Part shown: piece by piece, positions 45,474 to 55,113 of the stretch | Layout of the letters: every line of letters starts with the position of its first letter | How positions within the stretch are numbered: the stretch's first letter is position 1 | From: an uncultured delta proteobacterium | GTDB lineage: Bacteria; Desulfobacterota; Binatia; UBA9968 | DNA: 64,000 nucleotides | Assembly (NCBI GenBank): GCA_963728565.1 | Contig: CAVSLC010000019.1 | Location: forward strand, 64,001-128,000 | Direction of reading: 5' to 3' | The notes under the pieces: generated by a model | Told to the model about the DNA's origin: nothing | The model's input: only the letters and a program-made list of their open reading frames with translations | The model's database searches: none | Made by a program: the position numbers and the translations under genes

Positions 45474-46205
45474 ATGTTTGATGTGCTCAAAGAAGACATC
45501 CGGGTCGTTTTCGATCGCGATCCGGCAGCCCGTAATGTCTGGGAGATCGTTTTTACCTATCCTGGATTTCACGCGCTATTCTTTTATCGGGTCGCTCATT
45601 CGACCTGGATCAACGGCTTCAAAGGCCTAGCTCGATTCGCCAGCAATCTCGGCCGCTTCTTCACCGGCATTGAAATTCATCCGGGAGCCCGGATCGGCCG
45701 GCGCTTCTTCATCGATCACGGTATGGGGGTAGTGATCGGCGAGACCACCGAGATCAAAGATGATGTGACTATTTACCAAGGAGTCACTCTCGGCGGCACC
45801 AGTTTGAGAAAGGAAAAGCGCCACCCGACGGTCGAAGATTGGGTTGTTATTGGCGCCGGCGCTACGGTGCTCGGGCCGGTGACGATCGGTCATAACAGTA
45901 GAATAGGTTCAGGATCGGTTGTGGTTTCCAGCGTGCCGCCGCATTCGACAGTGGTGGGGATCCCGGGACGGGTAGTGGAAGGCGAAGCCGCCCGCCGAGA
46001 CGCTCATGTTCATATCATCGATCTGGATCACGCGCGTTTACCTGATCCCATCGCCAAAGCTATTGGCGCGCTCGCAGATTACATTCAGAAGTTGGAAAGG
46101 CGGGTCGACGAATTGACCGACCGGCAAGGCGGACTTGAGGAGCAGCGGGCCGAGCAGAGTGAGGTCATAGATAAAGTTAAAGAGCTGCTGAAACATTCGA
46201 GTTGA
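45474..46205 (+). CDS. cysE: Serine O-acetyltransferase
   Basis: [45 protein letters not shown]. Confidence 0.96.
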   Translation: MFDVLKEDIRVVFDRDPAARNVWEIVFTYPGFHALFFYRVAHSTWINGFKGLARFASNLGRFFTGIEIHPGARIGRRFFIDHGMGVVIGETTEIKDDVTIYQGVTLGGTSLRKEKRHPTVEDWVVIGAGATVLGPVTIGHNSRIGSGSVVVSSVPPHSTVVGIPGRVVEGEAARRDAHVHIIDLDHARLPDPIAKAIGALADYIQKLERRVDELTDRQGGLEEQRAEQSEVIDKVKELLKHSS

Positions 46206-46342
46206 ATAGCCCGGGCTGCCAATCCGGCATCGGTGCCAAGGAGAGATTTTCTCAGTGAAAACGGGGCGCGTTAAATTTGTTCCATCGCGCTGCCCGGATT
46301 CCGTTCTATTCCAGAGCATTAAAAAAATCTTCTCAGAGTTTA

Positions 46343-47431
46343 ATGACTAAGAGAAAGCAAAAGGTTGTCGTTGCCATGAGCGGCGGTGTCGACAGTTCGG
46401 TCACAGCGGGCTTGCTGGTGGAGCAAGGCTACGACGTGCAAGGCGTGTCGCTGCGTATGTGGGAAGGACGGCGCGGGCCGCGCGTTTGTTCCGACCATCG
46501 CGGCGCCAAGGAAGTCGCGGAGTTCCTGGGGATTCCTCACGAGCTTCTGGATTTGCGTTCGCAGTTCGTCGAAACCGTCGTCAAACCATTTACGCAGGAG
46601 TATATTCGCGGCCGCACGCCCAATCCGTGCGTCGCCTGCAATCGCGATTTCAAGCTCGGCAGTCTGCTGCAGTGGGCGAAGCAGCAACAGGCGGACTACG
46701 TGGCCACCGGTCATTATGCCCGGGTCGAGCGCGACAACGCATCCGGGCAAAGCTCACTGCTGCGTGGCGTCGATAAGATAAAAGACCAGTCGTACTTCTT
46801 GTTCGCTCTTTCCCAGGATCAACTGGCGCACACGATTTTTCCTCTCGGCCATATGCATAAGAACCAGGTCCGGGAAAAAGCGCGCTGCTTTGGTTTGTCG
46901 GTGGCGGATCGTCCCGAGAGCCAGGACATTTGTTTCGGCGACTATAAAGCGCTGGTCCAATCCCATGCGAATGCCGAAGATCTCGGCGCCGGTGATATCG
47001 TCGACAGTTCCGGGAAAGTACTTGGCAGGCACAGCGGCATTCACAGCCTGACCATCGGCCAACGCCGCGGTCTCGGGATTGCGGCGCCGCAACCGTCTTA
47101 TGTTCTCGATATTGATCACCCATCCAAGCGAGTGCTGGTGGGCACCAAAAGCGAACTTGCTTGCAGCGGTCTGACAATGCAGGGAATGAATTGGCTCGAG
47201 CCGCCGGATGTCCAAGAGTTCGAAGCGCAGGTGCAAGTCCGTTATCGTTCGCCGGCGATTCCCTCTGTCATACGTCTAGCCAAAAACAACCGGTGCCAGG
47301 TGCGCTTCAATGAACCACATCCGGGGATAGCCCCGGGACAGGCCGCGGTCATTTACCGCGGAGAAAAGCTCCTTGGCGGCGGCTGGATTGAACACGCGAT
47401 TCGGTCTGAGGCATTAGCCCCTCGGGAATGA
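46343..47431 (+). CDS. mnmA: tRNA 2-thiouridylase (CxxC+C type)
   Basis: AMSGGVDSS, TPNPCVACN, ATGHY, KDQSYFL, ESQDICF, TIGQRRG, PGQ. Confidence 0.96.
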   Translation: MTKRKQKVVVAMSGGVDSSVTAGLLVEQGYDVQGVSLRMWEGRRGPRVCSDHRGAKEVAEFLGIPHELLDLRSQFVETVVKPFTQEYIRGRTPNPCVACNRDFKLGSLLQWAKQQQADYVATGHYARVERDNASGQSSLLRGVDKIKDQSYFLFALSQDQLAHTIFPLGHMHKNQVREKARCFGLSVADRPESQDICFGDYKALVQSHANAEDLGAGDIVDSSGKVLGRHSGIHSLTIGQRRGLGIAAPQPSYVLDIDHPSKRVLVGTKSELACSGLTMQGMNWLEPPDVQEFEAQVQVRYRSPAIPSVIRLAKNNRCQVRFNEPHPGIAPGQAAVIYRGEKLLGGGWIEHAIRSEALAPRE

Positions 47432-47458
47432 GCAACTATTACTTTTGCCTAATGCCCA

Positions 47459-48817
47459 TTGCCTAAGCCTATGCGGATAGCGCTGACAACACTCGGTTGT
47501 AAAATCAACCAATATGATTCGGCGGTGATTCGGTCGCGCTTGGAAGAGAAGCATTCCTTTGTGCCTTTCGACGAGCAAGCGGATTGTTATATCATCAATA
47601 CCTGCACGGTCACCGATCGCGCCGATTGGGAAGCGCGGCAATTGGTGCGCCGCGCTAAACGCCGGTGCCCGAGCAGCAAGGTGCTGCTGACCGGTTGTTA
47701 CGCGCAGGTAAGTCCGGCGGAGGTGGTGCGAGTTCAAGGGGTAGATTTCGTCGTCGGGCTCAACCGGCTCGATGACTTGGTCCGCCTGGTCGAAACGACA
47801 GACTTAAATTCTCCCCGAATTCACGTCAGCGATGTGCAACGGCAGCGCGGCGTGCCGGTCCTCGGCACCCGGGCTTTGCCAGGACATACTCGGGCATTTT
47901 TGAAGATTCAAGAAGGTTGCAACTACACCTGTACGTATTGCATTATCCCGGCGGCCCGCGGTCTCGGTCGCAGTGTCGCGCCGCGGGAGGTTTTGAATCA
48001 AGTTCGTTTGCTGGCCGATGCGGGTTATGCGGAAGTCGTCCTGACCGGAATTCATCTCGGCGGATACGGCCAAGATTTAACTCCAAAGATGGATCTCACC
48101 GCTCTGGTGGAAATGCTCGGCGACAGCAGTCTGGTTCGACGAATTCGCCTCAGCTCTCTCGATCCGCGCGAGGTGCCGGACCGATTGCTCGCTCTCATTG
48201 CCGGCTCGGAGGTCATCTGCCCGCACCTGCATGTCTGCGCCCAGGCGGGTGAGGACACCATTCTCAAACGGATGAGGCGCAATTACGATACCGCCTATTA
48301 CCGCGAGCTGCTAAGTAAAACCCGCGAGCGATTGCCCGAAGCGGCGTTAGGCAGTGATATCATCGTCGGCTTTCCGGGTGAGAGCGATGAGCAGTTCGAA
48401 AGCTCATTGACTTACTTCGCATCGCTGCCGCTGACTTATTTTCACGTCTTTCCGTATTCGGCACGACGCGGCACTGCCGCATCGATCTTGCCGGACCCGG
48501 TGCCTATTCCGATGAAGAAGGCGCGCGCCCAAAGGATGCGACAACTCGGAGCCCAGAAAAAAGAGCAATTCTGCCAAACGTTCCGCGGCCGGCGCATGCC
48601 GGTTCTAGTCGAAGAGAAGATCGACCGCGGCAGCGGCGGTCACCGCGGTTTTACCAGAAATTATCTGCCTGTTATCGTCAGGGGTGGAAATCACCGAGTA
48701 AACGAAGAGGTGGATGTACAGATCGACGGATTCGCCGGCAATTGCTTGACCGGCGCTGCCATCTGTCCTGAGAGCGCGAAGACCGAAGCAGGGCCGGCGC
48801 ATAGCAAGCGGATTTGA
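47459..48817 (+). CDS. mtaB: tRNA t6A37 methylthiotransferase
   Basis: TLGCKINQYDS, NTCTVT, TGCYAQ, KIQEGCNYTCTYC (radical SAM), LTGIHLG, HVFPYS.R.GT. Confidence 0.92.
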   Translation: MPKPMRIALTTLGCKINQYDSAVIRSRLEEKHSFVPFDEQADCYIINTCTVTDRADWEARQLVRRAKRRCPSSKVLLTGCYAQVSPAEVVRVQGVDFVVGLNRLDDLVRLVETTDLNSPRIHVSDVQRQRGVPVLGTRALPGHTRAFLKIQEGCNYTCTYCIIPAARGLGRSVAPREVLNQVRLLADAGYAEVVLTGIHLGGYGQDLTPKMDLTALVEMLGDSSLVRRIRLSSLDPREVPDRLLALIAGSEVICPHLHVCAQAGEDTILKRMRRNYDTAYYRELLSKTRERLPEAALGSDIIVGFPGESDEQFESSLTYFASLPLTYFHVFPYSARRGTAASILPDPVPIPMKKARAQRMRQLGAQKKEQFCQTFRGRRMPVLVEEKIDRGSGGHRGFTRNYLPVIVRGGNHRVNEEVDVQIDGFAGNCLTGAAICPESAKTEAGPAHSKRI

Positions 48818-49515
48818 AGATTTCATCACAGCTAGAAGCGCTTCAAAAGGAGCTGGGTTATAGCTTCAAAGACCCGTCTCTGTTGGTGAAGGCTCTGACG
48901 CACGTTTCTTACGATCGAAAAAAAACCGGAACCAATAACGAAGTCCTGGAGTTTCTCGGCGACGCGGTACTGGATCTGGCGATCAGTGATTTGTTGATCC
49001 GGCGTTTTCCCGAGAGGAGCGAGGGCGACCTGTCGCGTATGCGCGCAGGGCTGGTCAACTCTGCTGTTTTGGCCGAGAAGGGCAGCGCGCTGGCGCTCGG
49101 TCCCATTTTGTTTTTAGGCAAGGGCGAAGAGCGCAGTGCCGGGAGAAAAAAGCAATCGATTCTTGCGGGCGCATTTGAAGCCTTACTGGGCGGAGTTTAT
49201 CGGGATGGCGGCTACGATCCGGCTCGGCGCATCATCGAACGCTATTTCGCCGCTGATGTGATCGAACGAACGCTGGGCCAACAGGATTATAAAACCAGAC
49301 TCCAAGAAATCAGCCAGCTACTTTTCCGAGCGCCGCCGGTTTATCGTTTGCTCTCCGAAACCGGTCCCGATCACGACAAGTGTTTTGTCACAGAGATCAC
49401 CGTAGGTGGCAAGGTGCTGGGTAGCGGCGAAGGCAGGTCAAAAAAGCAGTCCGAACAGGAAGCCGCCAAACAAGCACTGAACGAGCTACAAAAAAGCGAC
49501 AATCTTAAGCTTTGA
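48814..49515 (+). CDS. rnc: Ribonuclease III
   Basis: ALTH.S, NEVLEFLGDAVL, EG.LS, FEALLG, DYKTRLQE dsRBD. Confidence 0.96.
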   Translation: MKISSQLEALQKELGYSFKDPSLLVKALTHVSYDRKKTGTNNEVLEFLGDAVLDLAISDLLIRRFPERSEGDLSRMRAGLVNSAVLAEKGSALALGPILFLGKGEERSAGRKKQSILAGAFEALLGGVYRDGGYDPARRIIERYFAADVIERTLGQQDYKTRLQEISQLLFRAPPVYRLLSETGPDHDKCFVTEITVGGKVLGSGEGRSKKQSEQEAAKQALNELQKSDNLKL

Positions 49516-49556
49516 TCATCGCAGGTGCCTTTGAGTCGTTTGAGCGGAGTTTATAG

Positions 49557-51264
49557 ATGCGGCAAGTCTCAACCGATGTCTTGATTGTAGGCGCAGGCGG
49601 CGCAGGTATGTATGCGGCGATTTCAGCCGCGCGGCAAGGCGCTTCGGTGCTGCTCCTGGATAAAAGCTTGGTCGGCCGCGGCGGCGCGACCATCATGGCG
49701 CAGATGACGGTGGCCGCAGCGCTTGGCCAGGAAGAGCCGGATGACTGCGCCACCCATCTCAAGGATACTCTCGAAGCGGGCCGCGGGCTCTGTAATGAAG
49801 ATCTGTCCGCGCTGTTATGCTATGACGGGCCGGAGCGCATTTTTGAGATGGAAGAGTGGGGTACCCGCTGGGCGCGTGCGGGTGACCGCATAAGGCAGGA
49901 AATAGCGCCGGGCCATAGCCGAAAGCGCTGCTGCTACGTTGACTTTCTCAATACCGGTCCCGCCGTCGCGGCTACTCTGCGCCGCAAGGTGAGCGAACTT
50001 GCCGCAGTTCGGCGCCTCAGCAACATCGCGGTGGTTGATCTTATCATCAAAGACGGCCGCGCCATCGGCGCTATCGGCTTGAATCTCGCTGAGGGCGAAC
50101 TGGTCACCTGCCATGCCAAAGCAATCATTCTTGCCGCGGGCGGCCTTACCAAGCTCTACGAACGTAATAGCGCATCATCGAACATGGGTGGGGAAGCTTA
50201 CGCTCTGGCTTTGTGGGCTGGCGCTGAGCTGATCGACATGGAATTTGTGCAGTTTTTCCCCATCGGTCATCTTGCGCCGAGATTGGTGGGCATGGATCCG
50301 ATCATGTGGGATCCGTTTCGCTATAAGCTTGGCGGAAAACTCCTTAACGGCAGCTTCGTTGAATTCGTCGATCGCTATGGCGCCGTCGATTTTGGAAAAT
50401 ATACCGTCACTCGCGATATCGCCGCGTACGCCATTCTCAAGGAAGTCGAAGCCGGCCGGGGAACGCCGCATGGCGGTGCTTATCTCGACTTCCGCCACAT
50501 TCCCGAAGCGCAGTTGCGCTCGGCCTTCGGACCGGTGATCGATCGCTTGCTTGCCAACGGCATCGACCTCGCCAAGACGCCGGTCGAAGTGGGTCCAACG
50601 GCGCACTATCATATGGGCGGTATCCGAGTGAACGCGCGTATGGAAACCTGCATCCAAGGATTGTATGCGGCCGGTGAAGCGGTTGGCGGCGCCAACGGCG
50701 CTAATCGTTTGTCCGGTAATGCGATCACGGAAGCGTTCGTCTTCGGCGCGCGCGCCGGCGCATGTGCCGGCAGAACAGGTCAAGACCATCTCAAGGGATG
50801 AGGATCGTAAGCTAACTCGGATTGCGCTCGATCGGACCGCCGCGCTGGTGCCGCGCGGATCGAAACGAGGAATGGCGCCGGTTGGCCTTCAGGCCGAATT
50901 GCAAAAGCTGATGTGGGAGAAGGCCGGACCGTTTCGTACCGGCGAAAAGCTCTCGAACGCCTTGCGGCGGATCCGCGAGATGCGCGAGCAAGAACTGCCC
51001 GGGCTCGAAATCGCGACTGAGGGCGCGTTCAATATGGATATCCAGGATTGGTTCGAACTGCGTGCCATGCTGACGACTGCTGAAGCGGTGGTAACATCGG
51101 CGCTGTCGCGAACCGAAAGCCGTGGCGCGCATCAAAGAGAGGACTATCCGAACCCGGACCCGCTGTATCTGCGAAATCAAGTCTTACGACTGAAGAACGG
51201 CGCTCTGATATCCAGCTGGGTCACTCCGGTCCGGCTCAATGCGGGGCTACCCAGAAATGGTTGA
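49557..51264 (+). CDS. SdhA/FrdA/NadB-superfamily flavoprotein with atypical active site (frameshift near 50770)
   Basis: GAGGAG, DMEFVQF, TRD, HYHMGG, GLYAAGE, GANRLSGN; the second ORF carries the C-terminal R.ESRGAH.REDYP. Confidence 0.88.
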
Positions 51265-51622
51265 AGTCGCGATTGACAAAACCGTTTTGCGTGTCCGCCG
51301 CGGTGGCCCCGGCGATGCTCCCCGCTTCGATGAGTTCGAAGTTCCCTTCGAAAACGGCATGTCGGTGCTCGATGCGCTACGCTGGATCCGGATCCACCGG
51401 GACAGCACACTGGCGATTCGTTACAGCTGCATCAACGCCAATGCCTGTAAGACCTGCATGGCGCTAATCGATGGGCAGGTAGAATATACCTGCATCGCCA
51501 AACTGCTGCCCGGCATTGTGACCGTCGAGCCACTGCCAAAGCGCCGGCTGATTCGCGATCTGGTTACCGATGTTGTGCCGGATGAGGAAAAAGCGTTGCT
51601 GGCAGCGAAACAACCAGACTGA
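51257..51622 (+). CDS. Stand-alone SdhB N-terminal-type [2Fe-2S] protein
   Basis: MSVLDAL..I, RYSCINANACKTC...YTC, VEPLP...IRDLV; ends before the 4Fe-4S/3Fe-4S domain; overlaps the flavoprotein stop. Confidence 0.85.
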   Translation: MVEVAIDKTVLRVRRGGPGDAPRFDEFEVPFENGMSVLDALRWIRIHRDSTLAIRYSCINANACKTCMALIDGQVEYTCIAKLLPGIVTVEPLPKRRLIRDLVTDVVPDEEKALLAAKQPD

Positions 51623-51735
51623 TGAAGCTGTCTGCCGAAACAAGCTCGGAAGTCAGGCGCGTGATGGCGATTAATGCGCCCATGAGACTTCGGTCGGTGT
51701 CATTTGCTCGGGCGGCATGCTTGTAAGTGAACTCT

Positions 51736-52626
51736 CTATTCTAAACCCATCAACTTTGCCGGATTGGTACAGGCGACCTGCTTTACTTCATCCTTGCTGA
51801 GACCGCCTTCGTGCAGCATGCCAAGAAACATCCGGAAGAGCTCGGCGGGATTCGGACTATACGGGCGAAAGTAATCGGTGCTCGCGATAATTTGCTGCAA
51901 CCCGATCTGGCGAAACTGTTGCACGAGCTCAGGTGAATCCATCCGCCCGGGGGCAAGCGCATTCCAGCAGGTCTCAAGAAACGCTCCCATCCCGGCAGCG
52001 CGCTGCATGGCATCCAGCGGCATCGCGATGATATGGCTTTGCACGTGGTTGACGATGATGCGATGGCTATAACCCATGTCGCGCGCTGCTTCGATAAAAG
52101 CGAGGGATTCCTGCCAGGAGACATGGCCCATGCCAAGAGTTAGGTCGTGGGCCTTACAGCACTCGATAATTTCGTAGCCCAGCGAACTCAGCTTTCCTTT
52201 GTCGTCCAGGAAGTAATAGTTGGGATTATCGAGCTGCGCGTGACTCTTATAATAGGATTTGAGGCGGTTGCTAAAGCCTTTGCGTTCCACGTCGTTGCGC
52301 GCGCTCCAGGTCGGAAGAAAAACCATTTTGCCGCCAAGCTGGGCGCAGGATTCGATGATGCATGGGTTGGGACCGCCGGCTGTGCTGTTGAGCGCGACGC
52401 TGGACCACAAACGGACCCGCGTCTGGACCGACGAAAGAATATAAGGGACGACATTAATTGTCGGCCACCAGTGCGATTTGAGAACCACACCCCGCATCCC
52501 CATGGCCTCGGCTTTGGGCAACCAGAGAAATTCCGGTTCGCGCTTTCTTTCTTTGGCCGAAAATTCAAAATCGATATGGCAATGAACGTCGATGCCTCCT
52601 TCGATCATCTCGTCGTATAGGCTCAT
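51736..52626 (-). CDS. Amidohydrolase-fold protein (DUF6282-like)
   Basis: IDVHCH, VVLKSH, FLPT, GHVS, VNH, STD metal-ligand pattern. Confidence 0.78.
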   Translation of the reverse strand: MSLYDEMIEGGIDVHCHIDFEFSAKERKREPEFLWLPKAEAMGMRGVVLKSHWWPTINVVPYILSSVQTRVRLWSSVALNSTAGGPNPCIIESCAQLGGKMVFLPTWSARNDVERKGFSNRLKSYYKSHAQLDNPNYYFLDDKGKLSSLGYEIIECCKAHDLTLGMGHVSWQESLAFIEAARDMGYSHRIIVNHVQSHIIAMPLDAMQRAAGMGAFLETCWNALAPGRMDSPELVQQFRQIGLQQIIASTDYFRPYSPNPAELFRMFLGMLHEGGLSKDEVKQVACTNPAKLMGLE

Positions 52627-52719
52627 GCGCGGACTCCTTCGAAACTCAATTTTAAGAGCGTAATCCTTGTCCTGCCGGTGAGTGTTACCGGAGACTAGCG
52701 GGTCGTAGCCTCGGCTGTC

Positions 52720-54015
52720 CTACAGCGTTACCGAGGCCCGCGATCTGGATTTGCCGGCGCCACAGCATCGTTTGTATTTTTTACCGCTGCCGCAGGGGCA
52801 GGGATCATTGCGGGCGGCTTGAGGAGCGATGTTTTTGGCGTCGGCGGCGCGGACGATTTGCATGAGTTTTTCGCCCGGTTCGCCGGCATCGGCAAGTTCC
52901 GCGAATTTTTTCAAATAGGGCTTGCTGTGAATGAAGAAGCTCTTCAGTCCGGCACAAAGATAATTCAACCCCTCTTCGCCATCCGGTGTTTTAATGAAGC
53001 GGTCCTTGGGACAGCCGCCGTTGCACATGCTGCGAACCTCGCATTCCATGCAATACCTGGGCAGGCTCGTCCATTTCTTCCTGCCGAACTCGTGCTGGGC
53101 GGGATGATCGATCATCGATGCGAGAGTCTGTTCATAGATGTTGCCTATTTTGTATTCTGGCTCAACGTAGTGGTCGCAAGAGTAAAAATCGCCATTGTGC
53201 TCGATGACTGGCACGTCGCCGCAAGTCTCACGGTAAATGCAGAGCGCGTGCTCCATGCCGAGAAAGGGCCGAACCGACTCATCGAATAGTTGAATGAAAA
53301 CTTTGCCGATATCGTGGCGCACCCATTCATCGAAGATCGCCGAGAGAAATTCGCCGTAACCGGCCGCCGGTACCGAGCGCGAGCCGGCAGGATCGCCGGG
53401 TTTCTCGGGCTTTTCTACCAGCGGCAGAAATTGTAGGTACTGCGCGCCGATTTCTTTGAGGTAACGGTACACGGCAATGGGATGTTTCACGTTGATGTCG
53501 TGAACGACGCAGAGCAAATCGACATGAACTTTGTGCCGGCGCAACATCTGGAAAGCATGGACAACTTGCTTATGGGTGGGCTTCTGTCCCTTGGTGACAC
53601 GGTAGTGGTCGTGCAGATCCTGCGGGCCGTCCAGGCTTAGCCCGACGTAGAACGTTTCTTTGGCAAAAAATTCGCACCATTCCTCATCCAGGGTCGTGCC
53701 ATTGGTCTGAATGCCGTTGATGATTTTTTTGTCCGCCGGCAAGTGCTTTTTTTGCAACTCCACGGCCTTGCGGAAAAAATCGACGCCCAGCAGGGTTGGC
53801 TCGCCGCCATGCCACGAGAAGCTGACGATCTCTTTGGGTGTCGCCTCAATATGCTGGATGATGTAGCGCTCGAGAGTTTCATCACTAAGGCGGAAGTTGG
53901 AGTTCTTGGGATAAAGCTCCTCTTTTTTCAGATAATAGCAGTAATGGCAGTCCAGATTACAGATGGCACCGACCGTCTTTACCATGATCTGAAATTCACG
54001 AGACGCTGTATCCAA
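52720..54015 (-). CDS. Anaerobic sulfatase maturase-like radical SAM/SPASM protein with SEC-C tail
   Basis: CNLDCHYCYY, WHGGEPTL, QTNG, SLDGP, YSCDHYV, C..C.....CNGGCPK.R, LC.G, RNDPCPCGSGKKYKRCC; SD GGAGG before TTG 54015. Confidence 0.92.
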   Translation of the reverse strand: MDTASREFQIMVKTVGAICNLDCHYCYYLKKEELYPKNSNFRLSDETLERYIIQHIEATPKEIVSFSWHGGEPTLLGVDFFRKAVELQKKHLPADKKIINGIQTNGTTLDEEWCEFFAKETFYVGLSLDGPQDLHDHYRVTKGQKPTHKQVVHAFQMLRRHKVHVDLLCVVHDINVKHPIAVYRYLKEIGAQYLQFLPLVEKPEKPGDPAGSRSVPAAGYGEFLSAIFDEWVRHDIGKVFIQLFDESVRPFLGMEHALCIYRETCGDVPVIEHNGDFYSCDHYVEPEYKIGNIYEQTLASMIDHPAQHEFGRKKWTSLPRYCMECEVRSMCNGGCPKDRFIKTPDGEEGLNYLCAGLKSFFIHSKPYLKKFAELADAGEPGEKLMQIVRAADAKNIAPQAARNDPCPCGSGKKYKRCCGAGKSRSRASVTL

Positions 54016-54430
54016 CCTATACCTCCGAAGGATCAAAAACTCGCCCGCGCCGCGGGACGCAATCCATTGCGAGGACTCTACTCAAAAACAGTTCGGATGT
54101 CATCCCCTGGTTACGCTTGAAGCTCTCACCTGCGCTGCGCTACTAAACTGCTGGGCATTGTCAGCGGCGCATGAGCCAAAGAAAAGAATCGGATCGAACT
54201 CACGAGCGAATTAAGCGTAGGTTTCTTGCGCTTCTACTGATCCGTCGGTCTGGCGGTATTTAGCTGCAGTGTGCGTGACGTTTCGCTCGCCGATTGCGCA
54301 TAGGGACGGGATCCCCAGTTCCCGGCTGTCGCCGATTGCGCGCCATCCTACAATACGCGCACAGGCGCGTTCCTTAAAGCGTAGTTGCCTCGCCCTGTAT
54401 TGGATTGCGCGGGTTACGCGAGGGGATGCC

Positions 54431-55111
54431 CTAGCGCGGCTCGCTGCCCGAATCGAGCGCCTTTCCGAGGGCTTTCAAATGATTGGAGAGATGTTGCACC
54501 ATCATGGTTTCGGCCAGCTGGGGGTTCTTCTTGAGAAAGGCATCCATGATCTGATCATGCTCGCGCATGGAATAGTCGAGTCGCTGCGGCATATGCAACG
54601 AAAGTAGACGGGTTTTCTGAATTTCACGCCGCAGTTCCTCTATCAACTGGTAGAGCCGCTCGTTGTGCGACAGCTCGGCGATGAAGCGATGAAAATTGCT
54701 GTTGGCGTCGAAATACTGAAGCACGTCGCCCTTATGGCATGCTTCTCTGAGAAGCTGATGCAGTTCGCGCAGGCGGGCGATCTCGTCCGGCTGCGCTCTC
54801 TCTACGGCAAGCCGCGCCGCCAAGCCTTCCAGCACGCCGGCGATCGTGTAGTAGTCGTGCATGTCATCGCGCGACGGATTGCTGGCGACTACATGATTGT
54901 TGGGTAAAAACGTCACGTAGCCCTGAGTTTCCAATGCTCGTAACGCTTCTCGAAGCACCACCCGGCCGGCGCGGAGAGAGGCCGCCAGCTTTTCTTCCGA
55001 GAGCTGCTCCCCGGGCAATATCTTGCCTTGGAGGATTGCCTTTCGAATCTCGCCGGCGGCGTCCTCAACCGACGCTCTGAATTTTTTTTCGGCTCGATGG
55101 GCGCCTAGCAT
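54431..55111 (-). CDS. GntR (FCD) transcriptional regulator
   Basis: I..G...PG..L.E..LA......REAL..LE..G HTH; NSNFH, HN, EHDQI. Confidence 0.9.
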   Translation of the reverse strand: MLGAHRAEKKFRASVEDAAGEIRKAILQGKILPGEQLSEEKLAASLRAGRVVLREALRALETQGYVTFLPNNHVVASNPSRDDMHDYYTIAGVLEGLAARLAVERAQPDEIARLRELHQLLREACHKGDVLQYFDANSNFHRFIAELSHNERLYQLIEELRREIQKTRLLSLHMPQRLDYSMREHDQIMDAFLKKNPQLAETMMVQHLSNHLKALGKALDSGSEPR

Positions 55112-55113
55112 AA

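Noticed and set aside
49557-51622. Canonical sdhAB/frdAB or nadB
   Set aside because: Key His residues are missing, the Fe-S subunit is truncated and there are no anchor subunits.
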